NCBI GenBank assembly: GCA_963782445.1 | Contig: CAWAJM010000001.1 | Span: 2,854,179-2,918,178, forward strand | DNA from: an uncultured Gammaproteobacteria bacterium | GTDB lineage: Bacteria > Pseudomonadota > Gammaproteobacteria > Steroidobacterales > Rariloculaceae | Direction: 5' to 3' | Length of the DNA stretch: 64,000 nt | Part shown: piece by piece, positions 49,873 through 58,867 of the stretch | How the letters are laid out: each line of letters opens with the position of its first letter | Position numbering within the stretch: position 1 is the stretch's first letter | Notes under the pieces: model-generated | Told to the model about the DNA's origin: nothing | Database searches by the model: none | What the model saw: the letters and a program-made list of their open reading frames with translations, nothing else | Position numbers and translations under genes: made by a program

Positions 49873-52554
49873 ATGATCATCGTCGCATTGGCGCTCGTCG
49901 GCGGCATCGCCGGGGCAACGCTGCTCCGCGGCCACCTCGGGGGCTTCGCGCTCGGCGCGGCCTGCGGCGCACTCGCGGGCTGGGTGCTCCGGCTCAACGA
50001 CCGGCTCGACCGGCTCGAGCGCCGAGTGGCCGAGGCGACGGGCGCTGCGGCGCACGATAGCCGGGCCGAGCGGTCGGCCGCGGCGGCCGTGAGCGTCGAA
50101 CGCAGCGCCGAGCCGACACCGCCGCGCGAGCGGCGTGCTGCCGACGCGGCCTCCGCGGCGCCTGCCGCTGCGATGCCGGCACCCGCGCGTCCTTCGCCTG
50201 CGCCGCGCCCGCCCGGGCTCGCGGAAGTCGCGCTCGGCCGCCTCCGCGTCTGGTTCACGACGGGTAACGTGCCCGTCAAGGTCGGCGTCGTGCTGTCCTT
50301 ATTCGGCGTCGGCTTCTTGATCAAGGCGGCCGTCGACCGGCACTGGTTGACGTTGCCGGTCGAACTGCGGCTCATCCTCGTCGCGCTGTTCGGCTTCGCG
50401 CTGCTCCTGCTCGGCTGGCGCCTAAGGATGCGCCAACGCAGCTTCGCGCTCAGCGTCCAGGGCGGCGGCATCGCGATCCTGTACCTTACAACCTACGCCT
50501 CGTTCGCCGTCTTTGACTTCCTGCCCGGCGCGGCCGCATTTGCGCTCCTGCTCGCCGTGACCGCGGCGGTCGGCGCGCTCGCCGTGCTGCAGGACGCGCC
50601 TGCGCTCGCCGTGCTCGGCATCATCGGCGGCTTTATGGCGCCCCTGCTGGCGTCGACCGCGGAAGACAATCACGTCGTCCTGTTTGGCTATTACGGCGTG
50701 CTGAACCTCGCAATCGTCGGGGTCGCCTGGTTCAGGTCGTGGCGCGCGCTCAACGTGCTCGGTTTTCTGTTCACGTTTGCCATCGGCAGCCTCTGGGGCT
50801 ACGCCGGCTACCGCCCCGAGCACTTCGCGACGACCGAGCCGTTCCTCGTGCTGTTCGTGCTCATGTACACGCTGATCCCTTTGCTGTTCGCGACGCGGCA
50901 GCCGCCCGACCTCAAGGGGTTCGTCGACGGCACGCTCGTGTTCGGCACGCCGCTCGTCGGCTTCGGGCTGCAGTCCCGGCTCGTCGAGGGCATGCACCAT
51001 GGGCTCGCGACCAGCGCGCTGGTTCTAGCGGCTTACTACTTTGCGCTCGCGATGGGCCTAGCCGCTCGGCGCGCGGCGCATCTGCGCGTGCTCATGGAGG
51101 CCTTCCTCGCCTTGGCCGGCGTGTTCCTCGCCCTCTATATGCCGCTCGCGCTCGACGCGCGCTGGACCTCGGCGGGCTGGGCGTTGCAGGGCGCGGCCGC
51201 CGTGTGGCTCGGCCTGCGGCAGCGCCGGCCGCTCGTACTCGCAGTCGGGGCCGCTCTGCAGGTTGCGGCCGGCGGCGTGCACTTCGTCGGCGACTACCTC
51301 GGCGGCGGTCCCGCGGCCCGGCCCATGCTGAACGGCGCGTATCTCGGTGCCGTGCTGCTCGCGGCGGGCGGGTGGCTCTCCGGCTGGCTCGTCGATCGCG
51401 CGCCCGCCGTCGAGCCGGCGTCCGGCATGCGGCGCTTCTTGGCCCCGAAGATCCTCGCGCCCTGCTTCCTGGCGTGGGGCACCGCGTGGTGGCTGCTCGC
51501 AGGCCTGGCCGAGCTCTGGCGCCATGCGCCCGGCCGACTCGAGCCCGCCGTCGCCCTGCTGCTCGTGACCGCGACCGCTCTAGTCGCCGTGCTCGCCGCC
51601 CCCCGCGTACGCTGGACCCGGCTCAACGCCCTTGGCCTGCTGACCCTTCCGGCCATGGCATTCGCGGCCTTCGTCGCACTCATGGCGAAGCCGCATCCGC
51701 TCGCGGACCTCGGTTGGATCGCGTGGCCTTGTGCCTTTTCGGTCCACGCGCTCTTCCTGCGCCTGCGGGAGACGCAGTTCCCCCGGCTGCGTACGGCGCT
51801 GCATTGCGGCGCATTCTGGCTGCTCGCCTGGCTGCTCGCGCCCGAGGCGGCCTGGCTCGTCGGCCGCCTTGTGCACGGCATCTGGCCCGTCGCGGCCGCG
51901 CTCGCGGCCGTCGCGGCGCTGGTTCAGCTGACCTTGCGCGCAAGCGCACGGCGAGGGTGGCCCGTAGGCGTCAATCGCTCGGCCTACGTCTACGGCGCGG
52001 CCGGAATCGTGCTGGCCGTCCTCGCGTACGCGACGTTCCGCATCAACCTGACCTCGCCCGGCGATCCCGCGCCGCTGCTCTACGTCCCGTTGCTGAATCC
52101 GCTCGAGCTCGCGAGCGGGTTCGTCGTCTTCGTCATGACCGAGTGGTGGCGCGCAGCGCGGCGTCCGGGCATCGATGCCCGCCTCGGCGTCGCGATTCCG
52201 ACGCTGTTCGCCCTGTTCCTGCTTACGATGACCGTCGCGCGCACGGTCCATCATTGGCTCGGCGTGCCGTTCGCCTTTGCGCCCCTGGCGGCCTCGACGC
52301 AGCTGCAGGCGGCGCTCTCCATCGTCTGGGGCACGGCCGGCATCGCGGCCATGCTGATCGGCGCGCGCGGCACGCGCCGCGAGCTGTGGCTCGCGGGCGC
52401 CGGGCTCATGGCCATCGTCGTCGTCAAGCTGTTCCTCGTCGACCTCGGCCACGCGGGAACGGGCGGCCGCGTCGTATCGTTCCTCGGCGTCGGCTTGCTG
52501 CTGCTCGTCGTCGGCTACTTCGCGCCCGTCCCGCCCCGTTCCGCGCCGCCCTAG
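49873..52554 (+). CDS. DUF2339-like large polytopic membrane protein
   Basis: The protein is 893 aa. It has an N-terminal TM, a short coiled segment (LNDRLDRLERRV) and an Ala/Pro-rich linker. More than 20 predicted TM segments with recurring W/G-rich helices follow. Confidence 0.6.
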   Translation: MIIVALALVGGIAGATLLRGHLGGFALGAACGALAGWVLRLNDRLDRLERRVAEATGAAAHDSRAERSAAAAVSVERSAEPTPPRERRAADAASAAPAAAMPAPARPSPAPRPPGLAEVALGRLRVWFTTGNVPVKVGVVLSLFGVGFLIKAAVDRHWLTLPVELRLILVALFGFALLLLGWRLRMRQRSFALSVQGGGIAILYLTTYASFAVFDFLPGAAAFALLLAVTAAVGALAVLQDAPALAVLGIIGGFMAPLLASTAEDNHVVLFGYYGVLNLAIVGVAWFRSWRALNVLGFLFTFAIGSLWGYAGYRPEHFATTEPFLVLFVLMYTLIPLLFATRQPPDLKGFVDGTLVFGTPLVGFGLQSRLVEGMHHGLATSALVLAAYYFALAMGLAARRAAHLRVLMEAFLALAGVFLALYMPLALDARWTSAGWALQGAAAVWLGLRQRRPLVLAVGAALQVAAGGVHFVGDYLGGGPAARPMLNGAYLGAVLLAAGGWLSGWLVDRAPAVEPASGMRRFLAPKILAPCFLAWGTAWWLLAGLAELWRHAPGRLEPAVALLLVTATALVAVLAAPRVRWTRLNALGLLTLPAMAFAAFVALMAKPHPLADLGWIAWPCAFSVHALFLRLRETQFPRLRTALHCGAFWLLAWLLAPEAAWLVGRLVHGIWPVAAALAAVAALVQLTLRASARRGWPVGVNRSAYVYGAAGIVLAVLAYATFRINLTSPGDPAPLLYVPLLNPLELASGFVVFVMTEWWRAARRPGIDARLGVAIPTLFALFLLTMTVARTVHHWLGVPFAFAPLAASTQLQAALSIVWGTAGIAAMLIGARGTRRELWLAGAGLMAIVVVKLFLVDLGHAGTGGRVVSFLGVGLLLLVVGYFAPVPPRSAPP

Positions 52555-52719
52555 CCGGTCAGGAGCCCGTACCGAGGCCTAGCGCCCGCGCGAGTCGACG
52601 CGTGTAACGGGACTGCAAACATGCCGGCGACGAACCGTCATGTGTGCCCGGTAATCTCTCGCCGCATCCGGAAACCTACACGGAGCGACCATGCGCCGAT
52701 GCGAGGAGAGATTGCGCTC

Positions 52720-53199
52720 ATGACGATCAGCGACTGCCTGGACCGAAGCCGGGACGCCCCGGCGAGCGGTGCGAGGCTCGACGTTCAGATCCGCCACGGC
52801 GCCGCGGACGGGCGCCTCGAAATTCGAATCACGAATCGGTCGCCGGGCTCGGTCAAGTTGCGCGTGCTCGACCATTACGGCGGCCGGACGCTCGCGCATG
52901 CCCTGGCACCGGATCGGACGCTGGCCGGAAGCCTGCTGCTCGCGCACGCTTGCGGCCGCTACGACGTAGCGATCACCGTCGACGAGGCACCCGACATCCT
53001 TTATCGCTTCGCGGGACGCGTGGAAACGGGCGGTTCAGAGAAGCTTCACGAGCGCGATCGCGATGAGGATCGGCACGGCGACGAGGACGATCACGGTGAG
53101 CACGAGCAGCGCCGAAATGCCCAAGACGAACAGCAGACTCCGCCGATGCGTCCGGACCGGGTCGGCCTCCATCCGCGACAACAGGGCGTAGTTGCGTAG
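52720..53199 (+). pseudogene. Isolated DUF756 (phospholipase C C-terminal domain) fragment, probably a gene relic
   Basis: From ATG 52720 it reads LEIRITNRSPGSVKLRVLDHYGG....GRYDVAITVDEAPDILYRFAGRVETG. This matches the terminal DUF756 repeat of PlcN-type phospholipases (YD..V......F.RRFAGRVETG). There is no phosphoesterase domain upstream. The reading frame then continues about 165 nt antisense into the DUF4112 gene. Confidence 0.4.
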
Positions 53200-53496
53200 G
53201 TTCGCCTTGAAGCCCGCGTCGAAGATATCACCGGCGACCGGGATAGTCCCGACGAGGGCGTCGACGAGGACATTGCCGATCATGCGCAGCAGCACGCTGG
53301 TCGGCGCGCCGACACGGCGGGCCTCGTTGACGATCGCGGCTGCCAGCAAAGCGCCCAGCGTATCGCCGAGGCCGGGCACGAGACCGACAATCGGGTCGAT
53401 ACCGATCCGATAGCCGCCCGGCAATGGGATGGATGCGTCGAGAATCCAGGCCAGCCGGTGCAACTTGCGCAGTCGTTCGGGCGAGGATCGGATCAA
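53035..53496 (-). CDS. DUF4112 membrane protein
   Basis: The protein is 153 aa. It reads LDASIPLPGGYRIGIDPIVGLVPGLGDTLGALLAAAIVNEARRVGAPTSVLLRMIGNVLVDALVGTIPVAGDIFDAGFKANLRN, followed by a C-terminal TM. Confidence 0.7.
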   Translation of the reverse strand: MIRSSPERLRKLHRLAWILDASIPLPGGYRIGIDPIVGLVPGLGDTLGALLAAAIVNEARRVGAPTSVLLRMIGNVLVDALVGTIPVAGDIFDAGFKANLRNYALLSRMEADPVRTHRRSLLFVLGISALLVLTVIVLVAVPILIAIALVKLL

Positions 53497-53527
53497 CGAG
53501 TGAACGGGTCCGCAACCTTTCGGGGTC

Positions 53528-53691
53528 TAGTGGCCTGTAACGGCTGATTCGGTAGCGCCTGAACGCGTCTGGCGCGCCGGTGCCGCGTTGCTCGTCGTCG
53601 CCATAGTCACCACTATACCTCCTCCTCGCGCCTTGCCCCGACGCGCCATCCATCGCTCAGCCACTACCGAATCAGCCGTTACAGGCCACTA
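53528..53691. mobile_element. MITE-like element: perfect 28-bp terminal inverted repeats around a 108-bp non-coding core
   Basis: TAGTGGCCTGTAACGGCTGATTCGGTAG at 53528..53555 is the exact reverse complement of 53664..53691. The outermost TA on each side could be a TA target duplication. There is no ORF inside. Confidence 0.55.
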
Positions 53692-53945
53692 CTCACCTTC
53701 GCACCTCGTCCCGGCGGCCCGCAACACGGGCGGTTACGCAGGCGGCAACGCATGACGCGCGAAGAAGGCCCACCGGACGACCGTCGCCCTCGACGACGGG
53801 CCAGACCGCGACGCGGACGCACCCGGCGCTGTCGGTTATCATCGATTCGGGCGTGAGCATTGCGACGTTCGAGCGCGGCCGACGATGCCGCAACTGCGGC
53901 GGGGGCGCCGCTTTCGCACTGCGAGCCGGCTTCGGGAGAGAAGAC

Positions 53946-55502
53946 TTGAACCTACCACCGCTCCTCGCGGCGAGCCTCGCGCTCGGAACCCTCGGTGCGG
54001 CCGCGGCCGTCGACGGCGCGCCGAAGCCGCCGCCGAAGAACTGGACCGCCGAGCAGGACCGCCGGAACATGATGCAGCAGCTCGGCATCGAAGCGCTGCG
54101 GCCCGGGCCGAGCGGCAACGAAAAAGCGCCGAATCACGCCAACTACGACGAATCGAAGGCCGACCCGTTTCCGACGCTTCCCGACGCGCTGACGACGAAA
54201 GACGGCCGCAAGGTCACAACGCCCGAGCTGTGGTGGCACGTGCGCCGGCCCGAGATCGTCGCGGACTTCGAGCGCGAGATCTACGGCCGCGTACCCGCGC
54301 ACATGCCCAAAGTCATATGGTCGGTCCAGGCTGTCGACCATGAGGTCATCGGCCGGCTGCCCGTCATTGCCAAGAAGCTCGTCGGCCACGTCGACAACTC
54401 GAGCTATCCGCTCATCAACGTCAATATAGAGATGACGCTCGTGACGCCGGCGAACGCACACGGGCCCGTGCCCGTGCTCATGATGTTCGGGGGCGGCGGC
54501 TTTCCCGCGCCGGCGCAGCCCTCGCGCGCGGAGCTCGCGAGAATCAATGCGGCGCTCAAGGCCGCCGCGATCGCGCAGGACCCTTCTCTCGCCGCCTTGT
54601 TCGACGCGCATCCCGCCTACGAGCTCGTCAAGCCCGAGCCCTTCCGGTTCCCGCGGCGCAACGCAGACGGCGACCCGCCGAACGACGAGGAGCTCATCAT
54701 GGACGGCTGGGGATTCGCCTCGATCGATCCGACGAGCGTCCAGGCCGACAATGGCGCAGGTCTCAGGCGCGGAATCATCGGGCTCGTCGACCAAGGCCGG
54801 CCGCGCAAGCCCGACGCCTGGGGCGCGCTCAGAGCTTGGGCCTGGGGCGCGAGCCGCGGCTTCGACTACCTTGCGACGGACCCGGCCGTCGACGCCAAGC
54901 ACATCGGCATCGAAGGCGTCTCGCGCTACGGCAAGGCGGCGCTCGTCACGATGGCGTTCGACCGGCGCTTCAAAATGGTGCTCATCGGCTCTTCCGGCGA
55001 AGGCGGCGCCAAACTCCATCGGCGCAACTTCGGCGAGGCCGTCGAGAATCTCACGGGCACCGCTGAGTACCACTGGATGGCCGGCAACTTCCTCAAATAC
55101 GGGGCGGCGAAGGCGCGCTTCGGCAGCATGAACGCGGGCGATCTGCCGGTCGACGCGCACGAGCTCATCGCCCTGTGCGCGCCGCGCCTCACCTTCGTGA
55201 GCTACGGCGTGCCCGCGAAGGGCGACGCGAAGTGGCTGGATCAGAAAGGCAGCTTCATGGCGGCCGTGGCGGCCCAGCCCGTGTTTCGGCTGCTCGGCGC
55301 GAAGGGCCTCGGCGTCCCCGACGACTATCGCAACGCGACGCTGCCGCCCGTGAACCACGGTCTACTCGGCGGCGAGCTCGCCTGGCGCCAACACGACGGC
55401 GGCCATACGGATGCGCCGAACATGAAATACTTCATCGCCTGGGTGGACGAGCATATCGGCCGCCCGTCCAAGCTCATGCCAGACGGATTGGGAGGTTTCT
55501 GA
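53946..55502 (+). CDS. Secreted CE15-like (glucuronoyl esterase-type) alpha/beta hydrolase
   Basis: ORF 53853..55502. The likely start is TTG 53946 after GGGAGAG, giving the signal peptide LNLPPLLAASLALGTLGAAAA. The nucleophile motif is IGIEGVSRYGKAAL (CE15 G-x-S-R-x-G-K). It also has IGSSGEGGAKL, LPVDAHELIALCAPR and HDGGHTD. Confidence 0.55.
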   Translation: MNLPPLLAASLALGTLGAAAAVDGAPKPPPKNWTAEQDRRNMMQQLGIEALRPGPSGNEKAPNHANYDESKADPFPTLPDALTTKDGRKVTTPELWWHVRRPEIVADFEREIYGRVPAHMPKVIWSVQAVDHEVIGRLPVIAKKLVGHVDNSSYPLINVNIEMTLVTPANAHGPVPVLMMFGGGGFPAPAQPSRAELARINAALKAAAIAQDPSLAALFDAHPAYELVKPEPFRFPRRNADGDPPNDEELIMDGWGFASIDPTSVQADNGAGLRRGIIGLVDQGRPRKPDAWGALRAWAWGASRGFDYLATDPAVDAKHIGIEGVSRYGKAALVTMAFDRRFKMVLIGSSGEGGAKLHRRNFGEAVENLTGTAEYHWMAGNFLKYGAAKARFGSMNAGDLPVDAHELIALCAPRLTFVSYGVPAKGDAKWLDQKGSFMAAVAAQPVFRLLGAKGLGVPDDYRNATLPPVNHGLLGGELAWRQHDGGHTDAPNMKYFIAWVDEHIGRPSKLMPDGLGGF

Positions 55503-55504
55503 GA

Positions 55505-57100
55505 ATGCGCAATGCTTACAGGATCGGTTCGGCCGCAGTCGCTGTGCTCGTGCTGGCGGGGCCCGCGGCACACGCCCAGGCGTTCGCCGACGCAGCGTCG
55601 GCGCGCTCCGACTACGTCAAAGCCCCGCTGAAGCCTCGGGCCGATTGCGCCGATCTCGCCGCCGCGAAGCTGCCGGACCTCGTGCGTCTCGATGCCCGCA
55701 GCCTGCCGGCGGCCAACGGCGTGCCGGCACATTGCCGAGTGGACGGCGTCATCGCCCCGCAGATCCGCTTCGAGGTGAACCTGCCCGCCGCCTGGAACGG
55801 CCGCTTCTATATGATCGGCAACGGCGGCCTCGCGGGCCAGGAGGCCGACGACCCGCGCAACGCCGCCGCCCGCGCCGCCGCCCTCGCCCACGGCTTCGCG
55901 ATGGCGAGCACGGATACCGGTCACGACGCGCAAAAGGAGGCCGGCGGCAGTTTCGTGATGAGCAATCCGCAAAAAGCCATCGACTACGCGTACCGTGCCG
56001 TGCATACGACGGCGACGACGGCCAAGGACATCGTGAGCCGCTACTACGGGCGGCCGGCTGAGCGCTCGTATTGGAACTCGTGCTCGAACGGCGGGCGCCA
56101 AGGGCTGCTCGAAGCCGAGCGCTACCCGGCCGACTTCGACGGCATCGTCGCGAATGCGCCCTGGATCGACCAGACCGGCTTCACGATCGGCGCGCTGTGG
56201 AATCAGCGTGCCCTCGGCGCAACCCCGGTCTCCGCCGCCAAGATCGCGCTCGTCGCGAAGCACGTCATGGCGAAGTGCGACGGGCTCGACGGGCTCGCTG
56301 ACGGCCTCATCGACGACCCGCGCAGGTGCGCGTTCGACGCCCGCAAGGACGTGCCGATGTGCGCGGCCGGCACCGAGTCGGCAAGCTGTCTCACGCCCGC
56401 CGAGGCCGCGGCCGTGCAGAAGGTCTACGAGGGCCCCCGCACCCATGCCGGCCGGCAGATCTTTCCGGGCTACATGCCGGGCAGCGAAGCGCTCGCTCCC
56501 GGCCGCAACGGCGAGTCCGCGAGCGGCTGGAGCAATCTGATCCTGCCGGGTCGGCCCGGCGCGAAGCCGGCCGACTTCAACCTGGCCGAGCAGATCATGC
56601 GCTACCTCGTGTTCAAGCCGCCGATGCCCGATTACGACTATCGCACGTTCGACTTCGACCGCGACCCGCAGCTGCTCGAGCGCTGGGGCAAGATCGCCGA
56701 CGCGACGGACACGAACCTCGAAGCATTCCGCAAGCGCGGCGGCAAGCTCATCATCACCCACGGCTGGGCGGACCCCATCCTGCAGCCGCTCGAAAGCGTG
56801 CACTACTACGAGCAGGCCCTCGCCGCCAACGCGCCGAATGCGACCGACTTTCTGCGCCTCTACATGGTGCCCGGCATGGCCCATTGCGCGGGCGGCGTCG
56901 GGCCCGACCAGAACGACGCCGTCACGGCCGTCATCGACTGGGTCGAGCGCGGCGTCGCGCCGCGGCGCATCAAGGCCCGTAAGATCGTCGCCGGCAAGGT
57001 CGTGCGCTCGCGGCCGCTGTGCCCGTATCCGCAGGTCGCACGCTACAAGGGCGACGGCAGCATCGACGACGCCGCAAGCTTCGAGTGCCGGGCGCCGTAG
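55505..57100 (+). CDS. Secreted tannase/feruloyl-esterase family hydrolase (second paralog)
   Basis: Part of ORF 55175..57100. ATG 55505 lies 3 nt after the CE15-like stop. The signal peptide is MRNAYRIGSAAVAVLVLAGPAAHA. It has LPAAWNGRFYMIGNGG, FAMASTDTGH, the nucleophile YWNSCSNGGRQGL, RYPADFDGIVANAPW and VPGMAHCAGG. Confidence 0.7.
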   Translation: MRNAYRIGSAAVAVLVLAGPAAHAQAFADAASARSDYVKAPLKPRADCADLAAAKLPDLVRLDARSLPAANGVPAHCRVDGVIAPQIRFEVNLPAAWNGRFYMIGNGGLAGQEADDPRNAAARAAALAHGFAMASTDTGHDAQKEAGGSFVMSNPQKAIDYAYRAVHTTATTAKDIVSRYYGRPAERSYWNSCSNGGRQGLLEAERYPADFDGIVANAPWIDQTGFTIGALWNQRALGATPVSAAKIALVAKHVMAKCDGLDGLADGLIDDPRRCAFDARKDVPMCAAGTESASCLTPAEAAAVQKVYEGPRTHAGRQIFPGYMPGSEALAPGRNGESASGWSNLILPGRPGAKPADFNLAEQIMRYLVFKPPMPDYDYRTFDFDRDPQLLERWGKIADATDTNLEAFRKRGGKLIITHGWADPILQPLESVHYYEQALAANAPNATDFLRLYMVPGMAHCAGGVGPDQNDAVTAVIDWVERGVAPRRIKARKIVAGKVVRSRPLCPYPQVARYKGDGSIDDAASFECRAP

Positions 57101-57179
57101 GCCGCCGGCGGCGGCGCTTGCGGCCGGCCGCGTGGGCGCCTGCGGTGCGCCTTTGACTCACCAGTTGCGCTGGGGGCGA

Positions 57180-57228
57180 GCTTCAGGCTCGGCGCAAGGG
57201 CGGCGGCGGGACCGCCGTGAACCCGTCC
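57180..57228 (-). repeat. Nested-palindrome repeat, truncated copy 3 (one arm plus part of core)
   Basis: GCTTCAGGCTCGGCGCAAGGGCGGCGGCGGGACCGCCGTGAACCCGTCC aligns with the first 50 nt of copy 4. The inner hairpin and second arm are missing. Confidence 0.6.
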
Positions 57229-57251
57229 ATGAATCATGCGGAATCGTAGCC

Positions 57252-58766
57252 TCAGAGCCGCCGAAAGAGCGCTTCGTGCGCCCGCCGCAGCACGTTCTTC
57301 TGCACCTTGCCCATGGCGTTGCGCGGCAGCTCGGCCGCGAACACGACGCGCTTCGGCAGCTTGTACGGTGCCAAGCGCTCGCGAAGACGTGCGAGCACGT
57401 CGGCCTCGGTCAGTGCGGCACCGGGCGCTTGGACGACGACGGCCGTCACGCCCTCGCCGAAGTCCGGGTGCGGGACGCCGATGACGGCGGACTCGACGAC
57501 GCCCGGCAACGCGTCGATCTCGTTTTCGACCTCTTTCGGATAGACGTTAAAGCCGCCGCTGATGACGAGATCCTTGCCGCGCCCGACGATGTGGACGTAA
57601 CCGCGCGCATCGATCTTGCCGAGATCCCCCGTGATGAAATAGCCGTCCTCGCGAAACTCCTCGCGGGTCTTTTCGGGATTACGCCAGTAACCGCAAAACA
57701 CGTTCGGCCCCTTGACCTCGAGCATGCCGATCTCCTCGGGCGCCAGCTCCGTGCCGCGCTCGGGGTCGACGACGCGCAGACTTACGGCCGGAAGCGGATG
57801 GCCGACTGTGCCGGGCACACGTTCGCCGTCGTACGGATTCGAGGCGTTCATGTTCGTCTCGGTCATGCCGTAGCGCTCGAGGATCGCGTGACCCGTGCGC
57901 TCGCGCCACGCCCTGTGGGTTTCGGCGAGCAGCGGCGCGGACCCGGAGACGAAGAGCCGCATGTGCCCGCAGCTGTCGCGGTCCAGCCATTGTTCGGCGA
58001 GCAGGCGCGTGTAGAAGGTCGGTACGCCCATGAGCATCGTGGCTTGCGGCAGGCAGCGCCGAATCATGTCTGTATCGAACTTCGGCAGCAGGATCATGCC
58101 GCCGCCCGCCGCCAGCGTGACGTTCGTGGCCACGAACAAACCGTGCGTGTGAAAGATCGGCAGCGCGTGCAGCAGCACGTCGGCGGTGCTGCAGTGCCAA
58201 TAGTCCCTGAGCGTAAAGCAGTTGGAGGCGAGGTTCCCGTGGCTCAGCATCGCGCCCTTGGAGCGCCCCGTCGTGCCCGACGTGTAGAGAATGGCCGCGA
58301 GATCCGTGCTGCTGCGCTCGGCATCCTCGAAATTCGCAGGCTCATGTGCCGCCGCCTCCAGCAGCGAACCCGAGCGGCCGTCGGCGCCCAAGGTCGCCAA
58401 TCCCGCCGGCTTCGCCGCGGTCGCGACCGCTTCCCGCCTGTCGGGGCTGCAGACGACGAGACTCGGCTCGGCGTCTGCGACGAAGTACTCGAGCTCGGCC
58501 AGCGTATAGGCCGGGTTCAACGGCACATAGATCGCGCCCGCCCGCAGGCAGGCCAGATAGAGCAGCAGGGCTTCCGCGCTCTTCTCGACCTGCACGACGA
58601 TGCGGTCTCCGGAGTGCACGCCGAGGCGCTTTAGAGCCTGCGCGAACCGCGCGGAATGCACGAGTGCTTCGCCGTACGTGATGCGCCGGCCTTCCGGCGT
58701 CGCGATGAAAAGCCGTTCGTCGTTCCAGGCGGCGGCCCGGAAGCGGCTGAAGAGATTGTCGGACAT
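57252..58766 (-). CDS. matB: Malonyl-CoA synthetase-like AMP-dependent ligase (MatB-like)
   Basis: Part of ORF 57252..58784. The start is ATG 58766. It reads MSDNLFSRFRAAA..., DRIVVQVEKSAEALLLYLACLRAGAIYVPLNPAYTLAELEYFVADAEP, ILYTSGTTGRSKGAMLSH, ERYGMTET and GGFNVYPKEVE. The opening blocks match my recollection of rhizobial MatB. Confidence 0.7.
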   Translation of the reverse strand: MSDNLFSRFRAAAWNDERLFIATPEGRRITYGEALVHSARFAQALKRLGVHSGDRIVVQVEKSAEALLLYLACLRAGAIYVPLNPAYTLAELEYFVADAEPSLVVCSPDRREAVATAAKPAGLATLGADGRSGSLLEAAAHEPANFEDAERSSTDLAAILYTSGTTGRSKGAMLSHGNLASNCFTLRDYWHCSTADVLLHALPIFHTHGLFVATNVTLAAGGGMILLPKFDTDMIRRCLPQATMLMGVPTFYTRLLAEQWLDRDSCGHMRLFVSGSAPLLAETHRAWRERTGHAILERYGMTETNMNASNPYDGERVPGTVGHPLPAVSLRVVDPERGTELAPEEIGMLEVKGPNVFCGYWRNPEKTREEFREDGYFITGDLGKIDARGYVHIVGRGKDLVISGGFNVYPKEVENEIDALPGVVESAVIGVPHPDFGEGVTAVVVQAPGAALTEADVLARLRERLAPYKLPKRVVFAAELPRNAMGKVQKNVLRRAHEALFRRL

Positions 58767-58867
58767 GGGTCGTGACCTTACCATGAGAGCGAACCACGCG
58801 AGCGCCCGAGTCGCTTCGTGCGGCCCGACCCAAGTATGCTGGCACGGTCCCTGCAGGGAGACGTGCC

